Positions 44,701 to 59,563 of a stretch of DNA of 64,000 bases are shown one piece after another. The position numbers and the translations under genes were made by a program. How positions within the stretch are numbered: the stretch's first letter is position 1; every line of letters begins with the position of its first letter. Origin of the DNA: Azolla caroliniana (lineage: Eukaryota; Plantae; Polypodiophyta); NCBI GenBank assembly GCA_043228905.1, contig JBHGNT010000004.1, positions 16,926,001 to 16,990,000 of the forward strand. The letters run 5' to 3'. Below the pieces are notes generated by a model, which searched no databases, was not told where the DNA came from, and saw nothing but the letters and a program-made list of their open reading frames with translations.

Positions 44701-47700
44701 TCAGCAAATAACAATTTGTTGTGCATGTGGGTCATGTCCATCTGAATGATGATCTTATCATCCCCCATCACCCTTCTCATTGACATATAACGACCATTAT
44801 CACCCAACATTGAAGGCGTTTGTCTTACTTTGGAGACCTCCGAATCTTTGATCGGCCTATGGTGGAGATCTTTTGAAGCTAGAAAGTTTCAGCCCATCTA
44901 AGTTCAAATGTAGTGCTCACTTAACGACATTCTCTGTTATCTTAGGCAAATCTATCCATTTAGTTATATTTATTTGGGTTTGTTGTTCCTAACGGTGCGT
45001 GACCGTTTTAAATGTAATCTCTGGTTGGTCTGATAGCCCATTTTGACCTCTCAAAAAACATTAATTTATTTTTCTTTCTTCAATGTATTTGTCCGGCACT
45101 CTCAATAAAATATTCTTCTGTTTTGAATTTCCAGCCAATCCATATTGCATCTTCTCTCATCTTCTCTATTTATTTTGTTTTACGTGACTATCTTAACTTC
45201 TTATCATTTGATATGCTACAAAGATTGCAAATTGTCTTAACAAATTAAGGCTTAATGGTTAAGCCTCTCATTTTACAAGAAAATGATAAACCCTGTTGCC
45301 ACAAAAATTGCATTCTGAATTCCAGATAATTAAGATATGGAGCTTGAGGCACCTACTTCAAGATAAAGATAACCCCTATATGCCACAAGGATTGCATTTT
45401 GAATATAAGAAAACTAAGATGTGGAAGCTGTTACTTTTACGAAAAAAATAAAATATAAATGCTGCAAGTATTGCATCTACTGTAAAGAAGTTGAAGATGC
45501 AGAATTGAAGCCCTTGTAAGGAGCATTCCATAACCATATTCATATTTATGTCCTCCATAGATTGTTTGTTCTATTTATGGGAACATTTTACTCACAATAG
45601 GATAAGTCACAGAAGAGTCATACTCTCCAAAATAATAGGTTGGAAATTGTATGAAGCAGCTATGACCTGAACATTTGCGTATTCCTTCTTGGGATTTAGG
45701 AGAGTAATGGTTTTGAGGATTTTATGTATTTTCAAGGCTCATGATTTCTACCTGGAAACATGAATAAAACGTGTGCACACTGTGAAAAAACAGTTAATTG
45801 AGTAGCCGTTTTTCAAAATTCTTTAGGATTTTATCATGCATAAATGATTTATTTATATGTATATATATTTTATACTGTTGTGTTTGATTTGACCTTGCAC
45901 ATTTTTCTTTTCAGAACATGTCAAAGTGATTAGAATGATGATTGCACAACAAACTTGATGTGATCAAAATTAGTATCTGATGAGTTTTGCAGCTTCTCTC
46001 AGGCATTCTTGTACCAACACAGAAATGTTTCTTTTGCAGGAATATCTTGTTTGATTTGTTCAGTTCCTTGTCTTTTTTATGGACAGTCTTTTTTGCTTTA
46101 TTTTTGTTTCAAGTAAAAATTATTAGTTTGTGTGAATGAAGGTGTACATTTATGATTATGCAATACATTTTTATTGATCTATTTTTTCCCTGATTATCTT
46201 CATTTCTTTAGTATTTTGGAATTGAACTTATGTACATGTTTTATTTTGTATTATTTATGTAATGTTTTGATGGATAATATTAATTTTTATTTAAAATCTT
46301 GCTGCAGGGTCAACCTGTGGAGGTTCGTCAAGTAGCTGGGTTGCTACTAAAGAATAGCTTGAAGGTTCACTATGAAACACTTATACCTGCCTATCAAGAA
46401 TACATCAAGGCTGAGCTGATACTATGTCTTGGCTCATCAGATAGACACATTCGAACGACTGTTGGCACGGTTACTTCTGTTATTGTACAACAAGGAAGAG
46501 TGAAAGGGTGGCCACAGTTGCTCAATGCCCTTCTTCACTGCCTGGATAGCAATGACTATAACCATGCAGAGGGTGCTTTAGATGCTCTTTCGAAGGTAGC
46601 TAACATCATTCAACTGATTTCAGATTGATTCTTAAGTGTTTCTTATATTCAACCTTTCAAATTTCAAAATATATAATTTCTAACTACAGATGATAATCCT
46701 CTTCCCAACTTTTCTTGCTAGATATGTGAAGACAGTCCACAAGAGCTTGATGCAGATGTTCCAGGGCTTCCGGAGAGGCCTATAAATGTTTTTATACCAA
46801 GGCTGCTCAAGGTTTATATTCATTCTGGTGTTTGAGATAGTTTGCAATTTCCTTTGATAAGAGACTGACCTTTTTCTTCACTTAAAATGTTATAGATGTT
46901 TTCATCACCACATGCTACTATTAGAAAATTGGCTTTGAGCTCAGTGAATCAGTTCATAGTCATCATGCCTGCAGTAAGTTTATGATGAAAAACTCTCTCC
47001 ATAATAATTGGAAATGACTATGTCCAATGCTGTATCATTGTATACGTATTCATATCCCATAATCAAGTTTTGTCATGTACAAATGACATGGAATATGAAC
47101 ATGTTCATTTTGCTAAATAAAATCTTATGGATTCTATCATGGGACAGGCACTATATCTGAATATGGACAATTATCTACAAGGGCTTTTTATCCTTGCTAA
47201 TGATTCTACAGCAGAAATACGAAAGCTGGTAAGATATGTCATTTAAGTTCTTTCTGTGTGCATAAACAACCGTGCACAAGAAGTATGGTCATGGACATGT
47301 CTTATTTATTTTGCAATACTGAAAAATACTGGCGGGAAACTTCATTGTGATTGAAAACTCTTCACATGTTTTCATAGTTTTGTAAGACATTGTTCATGCA
47401 CATGTTAATGTATTCATAACTTGCGTATTTTGAGACTTTCTATGATGGTTCTTGGTGGCAGGTATGTGCTGCCATTGTAAAGCTTCTGGAGGTTAATGCT
47501 AGCTATCTTCAAGTGAGCATATGGGGGAATATTGTCATATTACGTTCGTGCATTTCATAACACCCTATATCTTGTTGCTCAAGGATTTCTGTACTTTATT
47601 ACAGCCTCATCTAAGGAACGTTATTGAATATATGCTGCAAGCAAACAAGGATGTAGATGCTGAAGTGGCATTAGAAGCTTGCGAGTTTTGGTGAAGTTAT

Positions 47701-50700
47701 ATAGTCAATGTTAATTTTGATTCTTGATAAACAGGTGGCTATTCTGCAAGTTTGTTCAATGAAATTTCATGTGAATATTAGGTCTACATTTTGTGAAGCC
47801 CGTTTATCACCTGAACTGCTACGAGACTGCCTACCCCGTCTTATTGGGGTAATTGCCTAATCTATAATGTTTTTTCTAGATGAATGAGCTGAATATGATA
47901 TTAGGACTCTTTTGAATTCTGTCTACTAAAAAGCTAAGAGAATTCTGAATGGAACCTGCAGATTTTGCTGTCGAACATGGTGTATGCAGATGATGACGAG
48001 GCAGTTCTTGATGCTGAGGTGAAGCTGTAATGATCTCAAGAGCTTTTTCAACCATTCATGCATTTTTTATTTTTATTAATTCCCCAACGATTTTTTCCAG
48101 GATGATGAATCAGTTCCAGATAGAGATCAAGTAAGTGTCATGTTCATTGGTGCTAATTTATTTTGCTACAACTTGGGTGTGACGAAATTGCATGGATCAT
48201 TTTGTAATCATGATTGCAGGATATTAGGCCAAGATTCAAGCAGTCACGCCTACATGGCTCCATTGGTGATGAAGATGAGGAAGAGGTTCTAGTTTTCAAG
48301 ATACTTCATGCTTTATGTTACAGAAATCTTCAACATACCATTGAGTTTTTTCCTATATGCCCCTAAAAATCTGATATTTCCCCAAATATCCCCGGAAAAA
48401 GAGAGAAAAATGGGACAAATAGACCATGTAATTGCTCAAACAGCACTTATGAACTTATAATTTGTTGAGATGGGATTAAACAAGGGTGTTTGAGAAAATA
48501 ATGAAAACTTAGAGGCATTTGGGAAAATAAAGAAACCCGTATTTCAGTGTTTATGATATGAATGTTCTCTGTACTAGAAGAGATTTTATTTCTTTTGCAG
48601 GATGATGATGATGACATTGTCAATTCTTGGACCTTGCGCAAGTGTAGTGCTGCAGGCCTTGATATTATGTCTTCATTTTTTGGGGACGAAATGCTTCCAG
48701 TATTGATGCCTAAATTGCAGGTGAGATCTAGTCTTTCTGAATGATATGCAATGTCCCAAGTGGATTTCCAGAAAATGGATGCTATTTTGTGACTGAATGA
48801 TCATTTCTTTTTAAAAGACTTACTGAGTCCCATTACCTTGATTTGGTATTGCTGAAGGTAAATCTGGAAAGCAAAGGAGACTCCCATTGGAAAGAACGGG
48901 AGGCAGCTGTTTTGGCATTGGGTGCAATTGCTGAGGGCTGTGTCAATGGCCTTCTTCCTCATTTGACACAGGTGGAAGCTGTAATTTTGAGGATATTCAA
49001 AGTAGCTTGAACTGAGTACTGCTTAACTATCACTGTGTGTTTGAGCTGTTAAAAATGTTTATGATTATTTATAATTCCTGTGCTTTCCTTATGCTTCAAG
49101 AATATGCTTTGTCATTTATCCCAAATATTGTAAGATGATCTAGATGTTGTTTTCATATAATGGATGGGGCATTTTGTACTGCAGATTGTCACTTTTCTTT
49201 TGCCTCTCTTGGAAGATAAATTTCCACTTGTACGTAGTATCACCTGTTGGACTCTCTCGCGCTATAGCAAATGGATAGTGCAGGTAGCATGCAATCTAAA
49301 CTTGGCAATTGCTCTCATGTGAGTTCTGTTCGTTTTTGATGCTTTAATGCCTTCTGTGAATTAATAAAATGGAAAATGGTTGTTAATATTGTTGCAGGCT
49401 GCTGTGCACCCAGAGGGTCATGTTCAGTTTGATAATCTGCTGACTGGTCTTTTGCATCGGATCTTGGATAACAATAAAAGGGTTCAAGAGGCTGCCTGCT
49501 CAGCGTTTGCTACCCTTGAGGAGGTACTTTTATCCTGATTTCTTTTGAATTCCTGTATTTTAACTGTGCGTACTGATATTGGGAGGGGAGCCTTGATGAG
49601 CAGTACGATTGAGGCTGGGAAATAGCCCCATTCAATTATATCTCTGGCATGTATTTAGTCCCCAATAACCTGCATAACCATCTTGATTGTAAAGAAAAAA
49701 GTAGGAAGTCTATTAGAATTGTCCTTCCCCATATTTAGTCCATCAATAACTGTCATAAACATCTCTACCGTGAAGAGAAAGTATTGGAAAAAAGACTCTA
49801 GTGGTCTTACTATTTTGGGGTTGATCTTGGATAGTATAGAGTCTAGGGAGGCGATACATGCAGACCCATATTTCTGGCAAAGTATTGGGTAGGGTGTGGT
49901 CTCAGAAACTGTCCTTGCATCTCTGGTTCTTGTATACCTGTGGTGGCTGGCTAACATTGATGCAAGGTACACACTAAAGCGATACTAATGCCTTCCTAAC
50001 GTGAGCAGTGATGTTATGTAGTTAATAGTGGAGAATTATTGGGCAGCAAAGATCGGGTTATTATTTAATGATTTGTCATCAAATTCAAATGCTTGAATGC
50101 TAATAATGGAGAATTATAGGTCTGCAAAAGGTCGAGTTAATATTCAATGATTTATCATCAAACTCACATGTTTGTTTTGTAATTATGGAGAATCATCAAT
50201 CAGCAAAAGGTCCAAAGACATGTGATATGATTGATAAACGATCAAAACTGAAAAGCCAACGCTCCCAACAATTGATGTTTTGGTCATAGCATAAAAAACC
50301 TGAACTCTAAGAAGGATATACAAACTATTTTTACGTATGGATCTTGAATCACAACTGTTAATTACCTGCTGCGGGTTAAGAAAAGTATAAGAGAATGGAC
50401 ATACAAAGAAGGTGGTAATGCAAATACTGAAAGCATGACCAAGGTAAACTGGAAGGAAAGAACAGGAATTCATATCTACAGGAAGAAATTGTGTCAATTC
50501 ACACGTTGCATGTATAAGAAATTATGGGTAATCAAGAATGCTAATGATGGGTGTTTTAAATGCCAAATATTTATGAAGCCGAATGATACCTATAGATGAT
50601 AATGCTGTAGTTAACCATATAGTTTCTACTTTTTCTTTCCACATATCATTATATATATAATATAATATGATTATAAATCCATGGTCAATTATGAAGTGTG

Positions 50701-53700
50701 AGAAAATGACAACAAACATACAATGGCTATTTCATTTAAAATACTATTCTTTATAGATACCGAGAATAAATTAAATTTATTGAACTCAAAGAGAATTAAC
50801 TTCTTTCTTCTTTGTGATGTTTGTGCTGATTACTACAATATTATATGTGTTCAGGAAGCAGCAGAAGAATTGGCACCACGGCTTGAAATCATTTTGCAGC
50901 ATCTTATGTATGCATTTAGCAAATACCAGGTGATTTCTATAAGTTAATCACTATTTGCATAAATAATATTGTCATCTATTACATGCATGCTACATGATTC
51001 GACACAATGTTCTGATTGATCACTTATGGTCAGACTCTAGTGTTTTGTGGAGATTTCTGGTATTTATAACTAACTTCCGGCATGCAAAAAACTTTTGAAA
51101 AACCATCTGATTCCTTATTTTATTTTATTTTCTGTTTACCTGATGGCTGACAGATTAATACATCAAAATTTAAAAGATATCAATGGGTTAACAATCACAA
51201 TTGTGATAGTTTTCTTGCAGTGCAATGAAGTGTGGATGCATCTCAAATAGCTCCACTTTTGTATGCACATACCTAGGTGTTAATTTTTAGTTCTGCTTTC
51301 CAATTTTGGTGTCGTCTGCACATACAATATTTGTGAAAATAACTGTCAACACTTATGATCTCTGCCCTCATGCTAGACAAAGGTCCATAACTTTGAGAAT
51401 GATTCCTCCCTGGTTCAAAAATTCTTTTGTGAAATATAAATTTATCAACCATTGGATTTTATTATTATTTGTTTATTTGTTTTATGCTCTGTATTTTTCT
51501 GCATAGCTTCTTTAAAGGAAGGTAGTAGCATTGCGTGCATATGTTTTGGTTTTGCCTAACTTTTACAACATACCTATGTGGGCAGGGAACATGCATTGAT
51601 ATAAAGAATAATGAATCTTAAACCAAAGAAAGTGATATTTTGGGGCATGAACAACTGGTCATACTTTTAATGTCAGAAATGATGCATGCTACATATAAGT
51701 CAATTTTAAAAACATAGGATGCAAAATTATACACCTTACATCCATAGTAGTATCCATAAAGTCATGTATCTAAAAACCATGAGTCACGTATGTTGGCAGG
51801 AAACATGTTTTAACTTCTAAAATAATAAATCTTACACCAAAAAATTGACATTTTGGGGCATAGACAATTGGTCATTTTTGTAATGTCAGAAATGATGCAT
51901 ATTACATACAAGTAAGTTAAAAAAAAATAGTTTGCAAAATTATGTACATTGGTTCCATTTCATGTATGCTAAAAACTGTGAGTAATTGTGGGGACTTCCT
52001 TTCTGTTTTGTGCTGTAACTAAACAAGTGAAGCTGTGAATCTGTCTCTGGTTTGCAGAGAAGAAATCTCAGGATTCTCTATGATGCTATTGGAACACTTG
52101 CTGATGCTGTTGGTGCAGATTTGAATGAGGTATAGGATAGTTCTTCTGATGTTTGTCTGAACATGAATATAACCATTGCTTACGAGAAGTTTATTGGAAA
52201 AATGGCAGGCAAAGCACCTTAATGTTCTAATGCCTCCATTAATTGCGAAGTGGCAGCAGCTCAAGGATTCTGATAGAGATCTCTTCCCATTGTTGGAATG
52301 TTTTACATCCTTAGCACAGGTTGGGCATGGCTTCTATATCCATTCATTTGTATATCAAATGGATCAAATGAATATTTAATAAACATGTCACGATGTCAGG
52401 GTGTCATAGCCATGAAACTCAAATATTTTTCCTGTGGGTTTGTATATGCGAGGTTTTCTAGAAGGTTAAAGATGTGTATGTAAATGTCCTGATATATAAT
52501 GCAGTGTAAAAAAGTGTGTAGATGGAAAACGATTCCAGCGTTATGACAATGTCGAGAATTTACATTCAATGTCGTCTGCTTATTTTAGGCTCTAGGCCCT
52601 GCCTTCACTCAGTATGCTGAACCTGTGTTTGTGAGGTGCATCAATCTTATACAGACACAAGGGATAGCCAAGGTACATCCAAACAAATTGAACATCTTTA
52701 ACCAGTTTCATGAAGATATGAGGGAACTAATCAGAAATGGTCATTGCAGGCTGATCCTGGAACAGCTGGTGTGGCATATGACAAGGAATTTATTGTTTGC
52801 TCACTTGACCTTCTCTCGGGGTTAGCAGAAGGTCTTGGAAGTAGCATAGAGAGCCTGGTAAATTTTGATGGCCTAGTTTGTCTATTACTGGCTTAGAAGA
52901 TACTAACTAGGCATGACTTAGAAGATACTAACTAGGCATGATATAATAATTGCAGGTTGCTCGGAGCAACCTAAATGAATTGTTAATCCAATGTTGTAAC
53001 GATGAGGCCCCTGATGTTCGACAGAGTGCACTAGCTCTTCTTGGTGATCTTGCGAAGGTGTTTCGAGTCACTATTTATTTGTTTGGTCTGGTATAAACTA
53101 TCAAGATGGAAAATAGCTAAAAGTATTGGTTTTCACATTGTTTCAGGCTTGTGCTGTACACTTGCAACCACGATTAGCAGATCTTCTAACTCTGGCAGTT
53201 AAACAACTGGTAACACTTACTGTAATTGCCGCAGAATTGTATTATGTTTTCTATGGGCATTATTAATTGATCTTTGGTGCTTACTGAAAGCACAGCAGGG
53301 CTCAGAAGTGAAGGAAAATGTATCTGTTGCAAATAATGCATGTTGGGCCATTGGAGAGGTTGCGGTGAAGGTGTGCAAACATATCGACATTTTTTCAACA
53401 CAACAGGCAACTAACTATTGTTTTCTCAGTCAAAATGGGCATCTTTTAATTTCAGGTGCGGCAGGAAATATCGCCTATTGTTCTGAATGTCATCACCTAC
53501 CTGGTCCCAATCTTGTCAAATACAGAGGTATTACTGTTTGGTAATGATAGCATGTAAAAAACCCTGAATTATTTTGTTTCCCCAAATGCCCCTCATCAAC
53601 TCGAAACGAAAAGGGGGATGAATTGATCATACAATTGCTCAAATAATGCACACAATAGCCCAACAGGTTGACGAAGGGTATTTGGCAAAATAAAGAAAAA

Positions 53701-54509
53701 TTCGGGGATATTCAGAAGTAATCCAGTATAGCATACTCTTTTGAATTCTGGTCATATGATTCAACCTGTATTGCATATGCAGGTTCGCAACAAGTCCTTG
53801 ATAGAGAACTGCGCTATCACACTAGGTAGGCTTGGGTGGGTATGCCCCCAACAGGTAGCTCCACATCTGGAGCACTTCATACAACCATGGTGTCAAGCTT
53901 TGAGTCAGTGAGTATATTCCATTGGACTGAATAGCTACTTCAGTTCAGATGTTTAGGGTAGAACAAAAGCCTGTCTTTTATTTGCTGATTGTAAACATTT
54001 TGGACAGGATTCGAGATGATATTGAAAAAGAGGATGCATTTCGAGGGCTCTGTGCCATGGTAAGAAAAAACAAAGAAAATAATTATTTTTATACCATCAA
54101 TTGTCTAACCCAATTATGTGCCAGGTGAAACTGAATCCTACAGGTGCTGTTGGTTCTTTTGGTGTCATGTGTGAAGCAATCGGTAGCTGGCATGTAAGTG
54201 AAGTGTTTTAATATCATAACCAAAAGGAGTACAACATAGTCCTATACCGGATCTTCATATTCTTGTGTAATGTACAGGAAATACATAGTGTGGATCTGCA
54301 GAATGAGATTTGCCAAGTTCTGCATGGGTATAAACAGGTAATGTGACTACCTGTCATGACCTTGAAGGTTAGCATAAAAGCATAAATAGAGATAGCGTGA
54401 CTGATTGGTAGAAATTCTTAAGCAGATGCTAGGAAGGTCTTGGGAGCAGTATGTGAAGGGGATGGATTTGTCTTTGCAAGAAAAGTTATCCACAAAGTAT
54501 GGAGTATAA
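41779..54509 (+). CDS. TRN1: Transportin-1 (importin-beta2 family HEAT-repeat import receptor), 29 exons, about 893 aa
   Basis: GT-AG exons: 41779-41955, 46308-46595, 46722-46811, 46896-46973, 47148-47228, 47462-47512, 47605-47690, 47782-47848, 47962-48018, 48101-48130, 48220-48285, 48601-48720, 48858-48971, 49185-49283, 49398-49523, 50855-50929, 52058-52129, 52209-52319, 52589-52672, 52750-52857, 52956-53057, 53147-53209, 53296-53370, 53456-53527, 53783-53907, 54008-54059, 54125-54193, 54278-54337, 54426-54509. They total 2682 nt in one open frame. Motifs [59 protein letters not shown] and [12 protein letters not shown]. Confidence 0.96.
41990..42580 (+). repeat. Degenerate minisatellite of about 70 bp in transportin intron 1
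   Basis: Recurring CTTTACAAGAAAA...GCCA...GATTGCA...AATGTAAG units. Similar units reappear at about 45265-45440. Confidence 0.6.
49570..49980 (-). mobile_element. Possible decayed LINE ORF2 fragment in intron 15
   Basis: The minus strand gives [18 protein letters not shown]...LPTFFF and ASIVLLIK...PIS, weakly resembling the PFT.EE...K.PG.DG and IVLIPK...RPISL region before LINE RT. Confidence 0.4.
51582..51990 (+). repeat. Old tandem duplication of about 215 bp in intron 16
   Basis: The blocks GCAGG.AACATG, TTTTGGGGCAT, TAATGTCAGAAATGATGCAT and GCAAAATTAT each occur twice in the same order. Confidence 0.75.
53556..53713. mobile_element. MITE-like foldback element in intron 24
   Basis: Imperfect TIRs of about 45 bp: AAACCCTGAATT...CCAAATGCCCCTCATCAAC and GTTGACGAAGGGTATTTGG...AATTCGGGGAT. 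Related motifs occur at about 48355-48550 and 55420-55500. Confidence 0.55.
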
Positions 54510-57394
54510 TTGATCAGCTGAGACTTCTTCATGGCTTGTTTCTTCTCTGCTTAACTACAGCTAAAAATCAGTAGTCTTTAATATACCCCTCCAGAAACAG
54601 ATGATGTATTGTAGTCCTCTTTACACCAATGGTTCATGTTAAAAGTTTCTCTATAGCTTTCGGCCAACAATGCCAGTTCAATGATTAGAGGATGAAAAGT
54701 AGCCTTGGATAGGAGTTCAGGGACTAGAGCAATGCATGACAAGTCTTTGCAGTTCGCAAGCAGAGGCCAAATCAGAGAGTTCAACATTATCAGTCTTTTT
54801 GTAAAATAATGGTTGGTGATCTAGTTTATTAGGTTCTAAACTCATGTGGAATGGCTTGCTTTTCCTCGTGTGTTTTTGAGCCTTTTAAAGCTCTAACAGA
54901 AATGGAGAGGTCATGGTCATCTGGAAAGGAGGAATTCTCATTTTTGATATGGTCTGAGGGGCTTCCTTAAGTAAGGAGCTAGGTTTTCAAAATATAGCTT
55001 GTAGGAATGATCGGCTTGCTGAAGGAGCTAGGTTTTTGATATACCGCTTTGCAGAATCGGTTGGTAAAGATTCGAGAATATTATTCTTCAGGAACTCAAA
55101 ACAGCTATAATAGAGACTGGAAAGGTCAGTTTTTTGCTGTGCTTGGATTTGTCCATAGGTTTGTGGAAGAAGAATAGAATTTGATTGGAAACGAACCCAC
55201 TAAAACCAATAACATCATATGGATTTCAAGGTGGGTGTTATTTGTCTTCATGTGATAGGGTGGGTGAAGGCAACAACTTCATCTGCGTTGTTTTCCGTGG
55301 AGGGTTCAGTCTTGTAATAATCTTGTGGAATGAATTCCAAAGATTTTTTGGCTTTCTAATTATATCAAAATATGGAGCTGTCTTCATTAGGAGATTCTAA
55401 ACACTCCTGAATAAATAGACGGAAAAACCCTGAAATTCCTGACAAGAAATAATAAAAGCATAGGGGCATTTGTAGAAATAAAGATTAACTTGGGTATATC
55501 AGATTTGTTCCTAAAATGAATGCAGTATGTTACAAAGCAAGTATGAAGATTATATCATAACACGGTCATCGATAACAAATATGTTTATGGTGTAAGGTTC
55601 CAATGGTCTGTTCCAAATTATAAATATGTTTTTGGTTTCTTTTAGGGCAATTCAATTCTCTCTTTTTTGTAGATGGTGCAAGTTACCATCCTTGGCTCTG
55701 GTAGGATGGCATATGAAAATGATGCTTAGAGATACAACAATTTCTCTCTTCGTATATGAGCTTAGAATAATGGGTCTAATTTCAGCATCTTATTTGAGGT
55801 TTCTCAAATAAGAAACTCTAGATCCTAGAAATCTGACCATAACAATAGTTGAATGAATGGCCTACTTTGTATTGCTTGAACTTAGAGTCCATATTTTTTT
55901 GAGCTTATGGAAGTAGTTAATGGCAGTTATATTTGATGCGATTGGAACATTATATGCTTTCTCTCTTGTAATTAGAACTATTAACACGTGTAACCCAACT
56001 TAAAGCCAAGTGTCTTCCTCACACTTCCAAATAAAATGGTACTACGCCCTGTGGTAGTGGGGTTTACAACACAGACGTTGTCATGGACTTCTGAAATATC
56101 CTTGGTTCAAGTTTACCTTGAAGTCAATTTCTTCAGTAGGCTATTCCATAGTGGGCAAAAGAGATGAGCCATTTGGTATGACAGTGGATTAATGAGTGTA
56201 GGTTGATTAGGCCTTCATGAGAGCAACTTTGTAGGTTCTATGATGAAAGGAGAAATTTCTCGTGGATAGTCTTTGCAAGGGCTTCTTTGGCATTGAGCCT
56301 TTTGGGAGTGGTATATGGGACACAATTTGATTTTTGGTATTAGCTCAAGGACAAACATTGACATCTACCTAGGCAAGTCATTGGAAATGTGTTGAATTCA
56401 AGATAGAAAGTATCTTCATCATGATTGATTTATTGTTTCTCCATTAGCAAAGGGTCAAGCAAGTATTATGGGAATTGCCATGCGTAGAGTCCCTCTAGAA
56501 CACTTATTACTATTCTTTGTTTTAGAAATTATTTTGTGGTTTAGTGTCTTATTGAAGCCTAGATGTTCCAAACCTTGTGACCTTGATAATAACCTGTCTT
56601 TCTCATTGTATATTTTTGTAAAGATCTCGTGCTAGTTAAAGATATGAACCTCTCTTCCTATCATGCCCCACTAATTTTTATGCTAACATGCAATTGTTCC
56701 TAAGCAAATATGACCACTAATAGCTTTTCTTCTACCTTTTTCTTTTGGTTTTTGTAAAATGCACCTTTCTAAGTTTTTGCCCTTTTGCACATGCCACATC
56801 ATGATATTGGCTAAAAGAAGTGTTAGTATTGTAGCTCTCTTTGTTGGCAACTTTTGGGAAGCTGACCCAAGATCAACTTGATGTTTGTCAGCTTATAGCA
56901 AAATCATTTAGGCAATGTGTATTAGCTGTTAGGTAACATGAGAGAATAGCTCCATTTGGAGAATCAAGTAAGAGGGATACGATGGCGAACCAAATGGGGT
57001 TTGCTAGTTATTGTACCCCATTGATTACATTTAATTCTTAATTTGTACTATTGCTACTTATGAAGAGATTGAGTGAGTTTGTGAGAGAATAGAAGAGATG
57101 TTTTATCGTCTATGAGGAGGCCAATTTTGACCTATGGGAGTAAATCAACAAATCATACTACATGTGACTCTTTCCTAAGAAGGGGAGTTGCTACTCTATA
57201 GTAAAAACTCTGTATGTGAAAATAATACATGTAAGTATGTGCTTATCCTTCTCGATGAACATTTGAATATGGCATTTACATTATCAGGCATGTCTAACAA
57301 ATCATCCTCGCATTTCTTGTGAATTCCTTATTTGCTGAGTATGCAATAAGTGGCATTCATCTTCTACTAGGGGTTCATTGTGTGCCTTGCATAT

Positions 57395-59563
57395 CTACAA
57401 AGGAGTTCACCAAGGAGAGAGAAGTCTCAAGCCAGGTCAAAGTCTAGAGGTAAGCTAACATGCTTTTATTGTGGAAAGCGTAGACATTTCCAAAAGGACT
57501 GCCGACACATGAGGAAGGACAAAGGTGTCGGAAATGGTGTCGAACCCAGGAAGATTCCTCAGGCTGATGAAAAGGGCACTTCAGCCATTGCTTACGAGCA
57601 ATGAAGAACTCTTGTTCATTTGTGAACAAGCAAGTGCAAACCTTGCAGGCGAAGAATGCACTTGGGTGATCGACTTGGGTGCATCTTTCCATATAACTCC
57701 GTCGAGAGAGTATTTCTCAACTTACATAGTCGGGGATCATGGTTTTGTGAAGATGGGTGACAATGGAGAGTGCAAGGTAGCCGGAGTCGGAAGTGTCTGC
57801 TTGACGACGTCGACAAGGTGTCGGCTGACTCTGAAGGATGTTCGACACGTCTCGGATATCATATTAAATCTTATATCGACTAGAAAGATGGTAGCTTCCG
57901 AAACGACAAAGTGGAAGTTTGTGGAAACCTCATAGCGGCCAGAGCATAGAAAGAGCACAGAAAAGCGGAGAGATATGGCACAAGAGGCTAGGCCACATGA
58001 GTGAGAAGGGTTTGCATCTATTAGTCGACCAGAAACTTCTGTCAGAAGTAAAGGGAGTGCACCTAGAGAAGTGTGTCGACTGCTTAGTTGGAAAGCAGAA
58101 CAGAGCAACATTCCACTCAAGACCACCTAGAAGAAGAGAAGTGTCATTGGAACTAGTACACACGGATGTGTGTTATGTGGATGCTCCGTCGCATCGAGCC
58201 AGACGGTACTTTGTGACCTTCATCGATGACTACAATCAGAAGTTGTGGGTTTTTGTACTAAAGTCAAAAGAACAAGTATTGTCATTTTTCAAGGAGTTCC
58301 AGGCAAGGACAATGGTGGCAAATACAGAGGGCAGTTTGAGGTTTACCAACTCGAACATGTCGGGGGATGTATACTCGAGCTGATCCACGTCACGATACAT
58401 GATGACCTATGCAGGGGGAGCAATGTCGTGGCAGTCAAGATTACGGAAGTTGGTAGCTTTGTCGACTAGAGAGGCTGAGTATATGGTAGCGGTAGAGGCT
58501 GGCAAAGAGCTTATTTGGATGAGAATTTTTCTCAACGAATTGGGGATGAAGCAAAGCGAGTTATTGCTTCATTGTGACAGCCAAAGTGCCATACATCTAG
58601 CTGGCAAGAATGTTGCGTATCACTCCCAGACCAAAAATATATAGAGAAGGTATCACTGATTGTAGGAGAAAGTCGAAGAAGGAGAGTTTATCCTTGTGAA
58701 GATCCATACTGAAGACAATGGATCCGACATGCTGACAAAGAACCTGCCGATGGATAGACTTAGAGCCTGTTGACAGAAGACAGGACTGACTGACTCCCTC
58801 CCAATGTAGTGAAGGGGGAGTTTGTTGTGAACATGTCCCTCCATTGGGAGGAGCTGACTGTTCGGAACGAGAAGAGCCGACAGTCGAGGTCGATGACCAG
58901 GCCGACTAATCAAACCGACCCGACAGTCGACAGATGAGTCGGCTAATTAGTAAGATTATTATTATTAGATAATGATAAATTTGGCCATGGTTGTAAATAG
59001 CCCCTTCTGTGTATTAGTATAAATACACCTAGGGCAAACGAGAGTGCGTGTGCAGAGCATAGAGTTGAACAGAATAAGGTATTAGCCTCTGTTACTAGAG
59101 AGAGAGGGAGGGAGGGAAGAGTGTGAGAGTGGCACCATAGTTGTGTTCATAACAATAGACGCCGAGAGCCATGTGAGGCTTATACACTCCACAATCAAGA
59201 GTCAAGAGTTGTAACCAATAGTCGATCGGTTGTCCTTGTAATAGTTCTGCATCATTAATATAATTCTGTGTTTGTGGGGGAACCATGTGTCTTGATCTCG
59301 AAATTCTCTATGTGTATTATTGTTACTATGAAATTGTGCGCGCGCATCTCTAGTAGCCGATTTGGCAGAAACCCATACTCTGCGTCTAGTGGGTTTCGAA
59401 GTGATTAGTTTGTATTGACAAGTGTCATTCGGAGTAGACGATTGTGGCTATCTCTTGTGTGAGATACCTAGATAACATCTGCATAGAGTTACCTCACATC
59501 CCGAATCTGACTATGTATAGGGTCGGCATGACATCCCAAAATCTACCCCTCCTTCCTACCACA
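57395..59563 (+). mobile_element. Degenerate Copia remnant (gag knuckle, PR, part of IN, RT deleted, RNase H, PPT, probable 3' LTR from 58823)
   Basis: CFYCGKRRHFQKDC, WVIDLGAS, WHKRLGHMSEKG, LVHTDVC and ALSTREAEY, similar to the 12596-18057 family. PPT GAAGGGGGAG at 58811-58820. The right boundary is uncertain. Confidence 0.82.
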
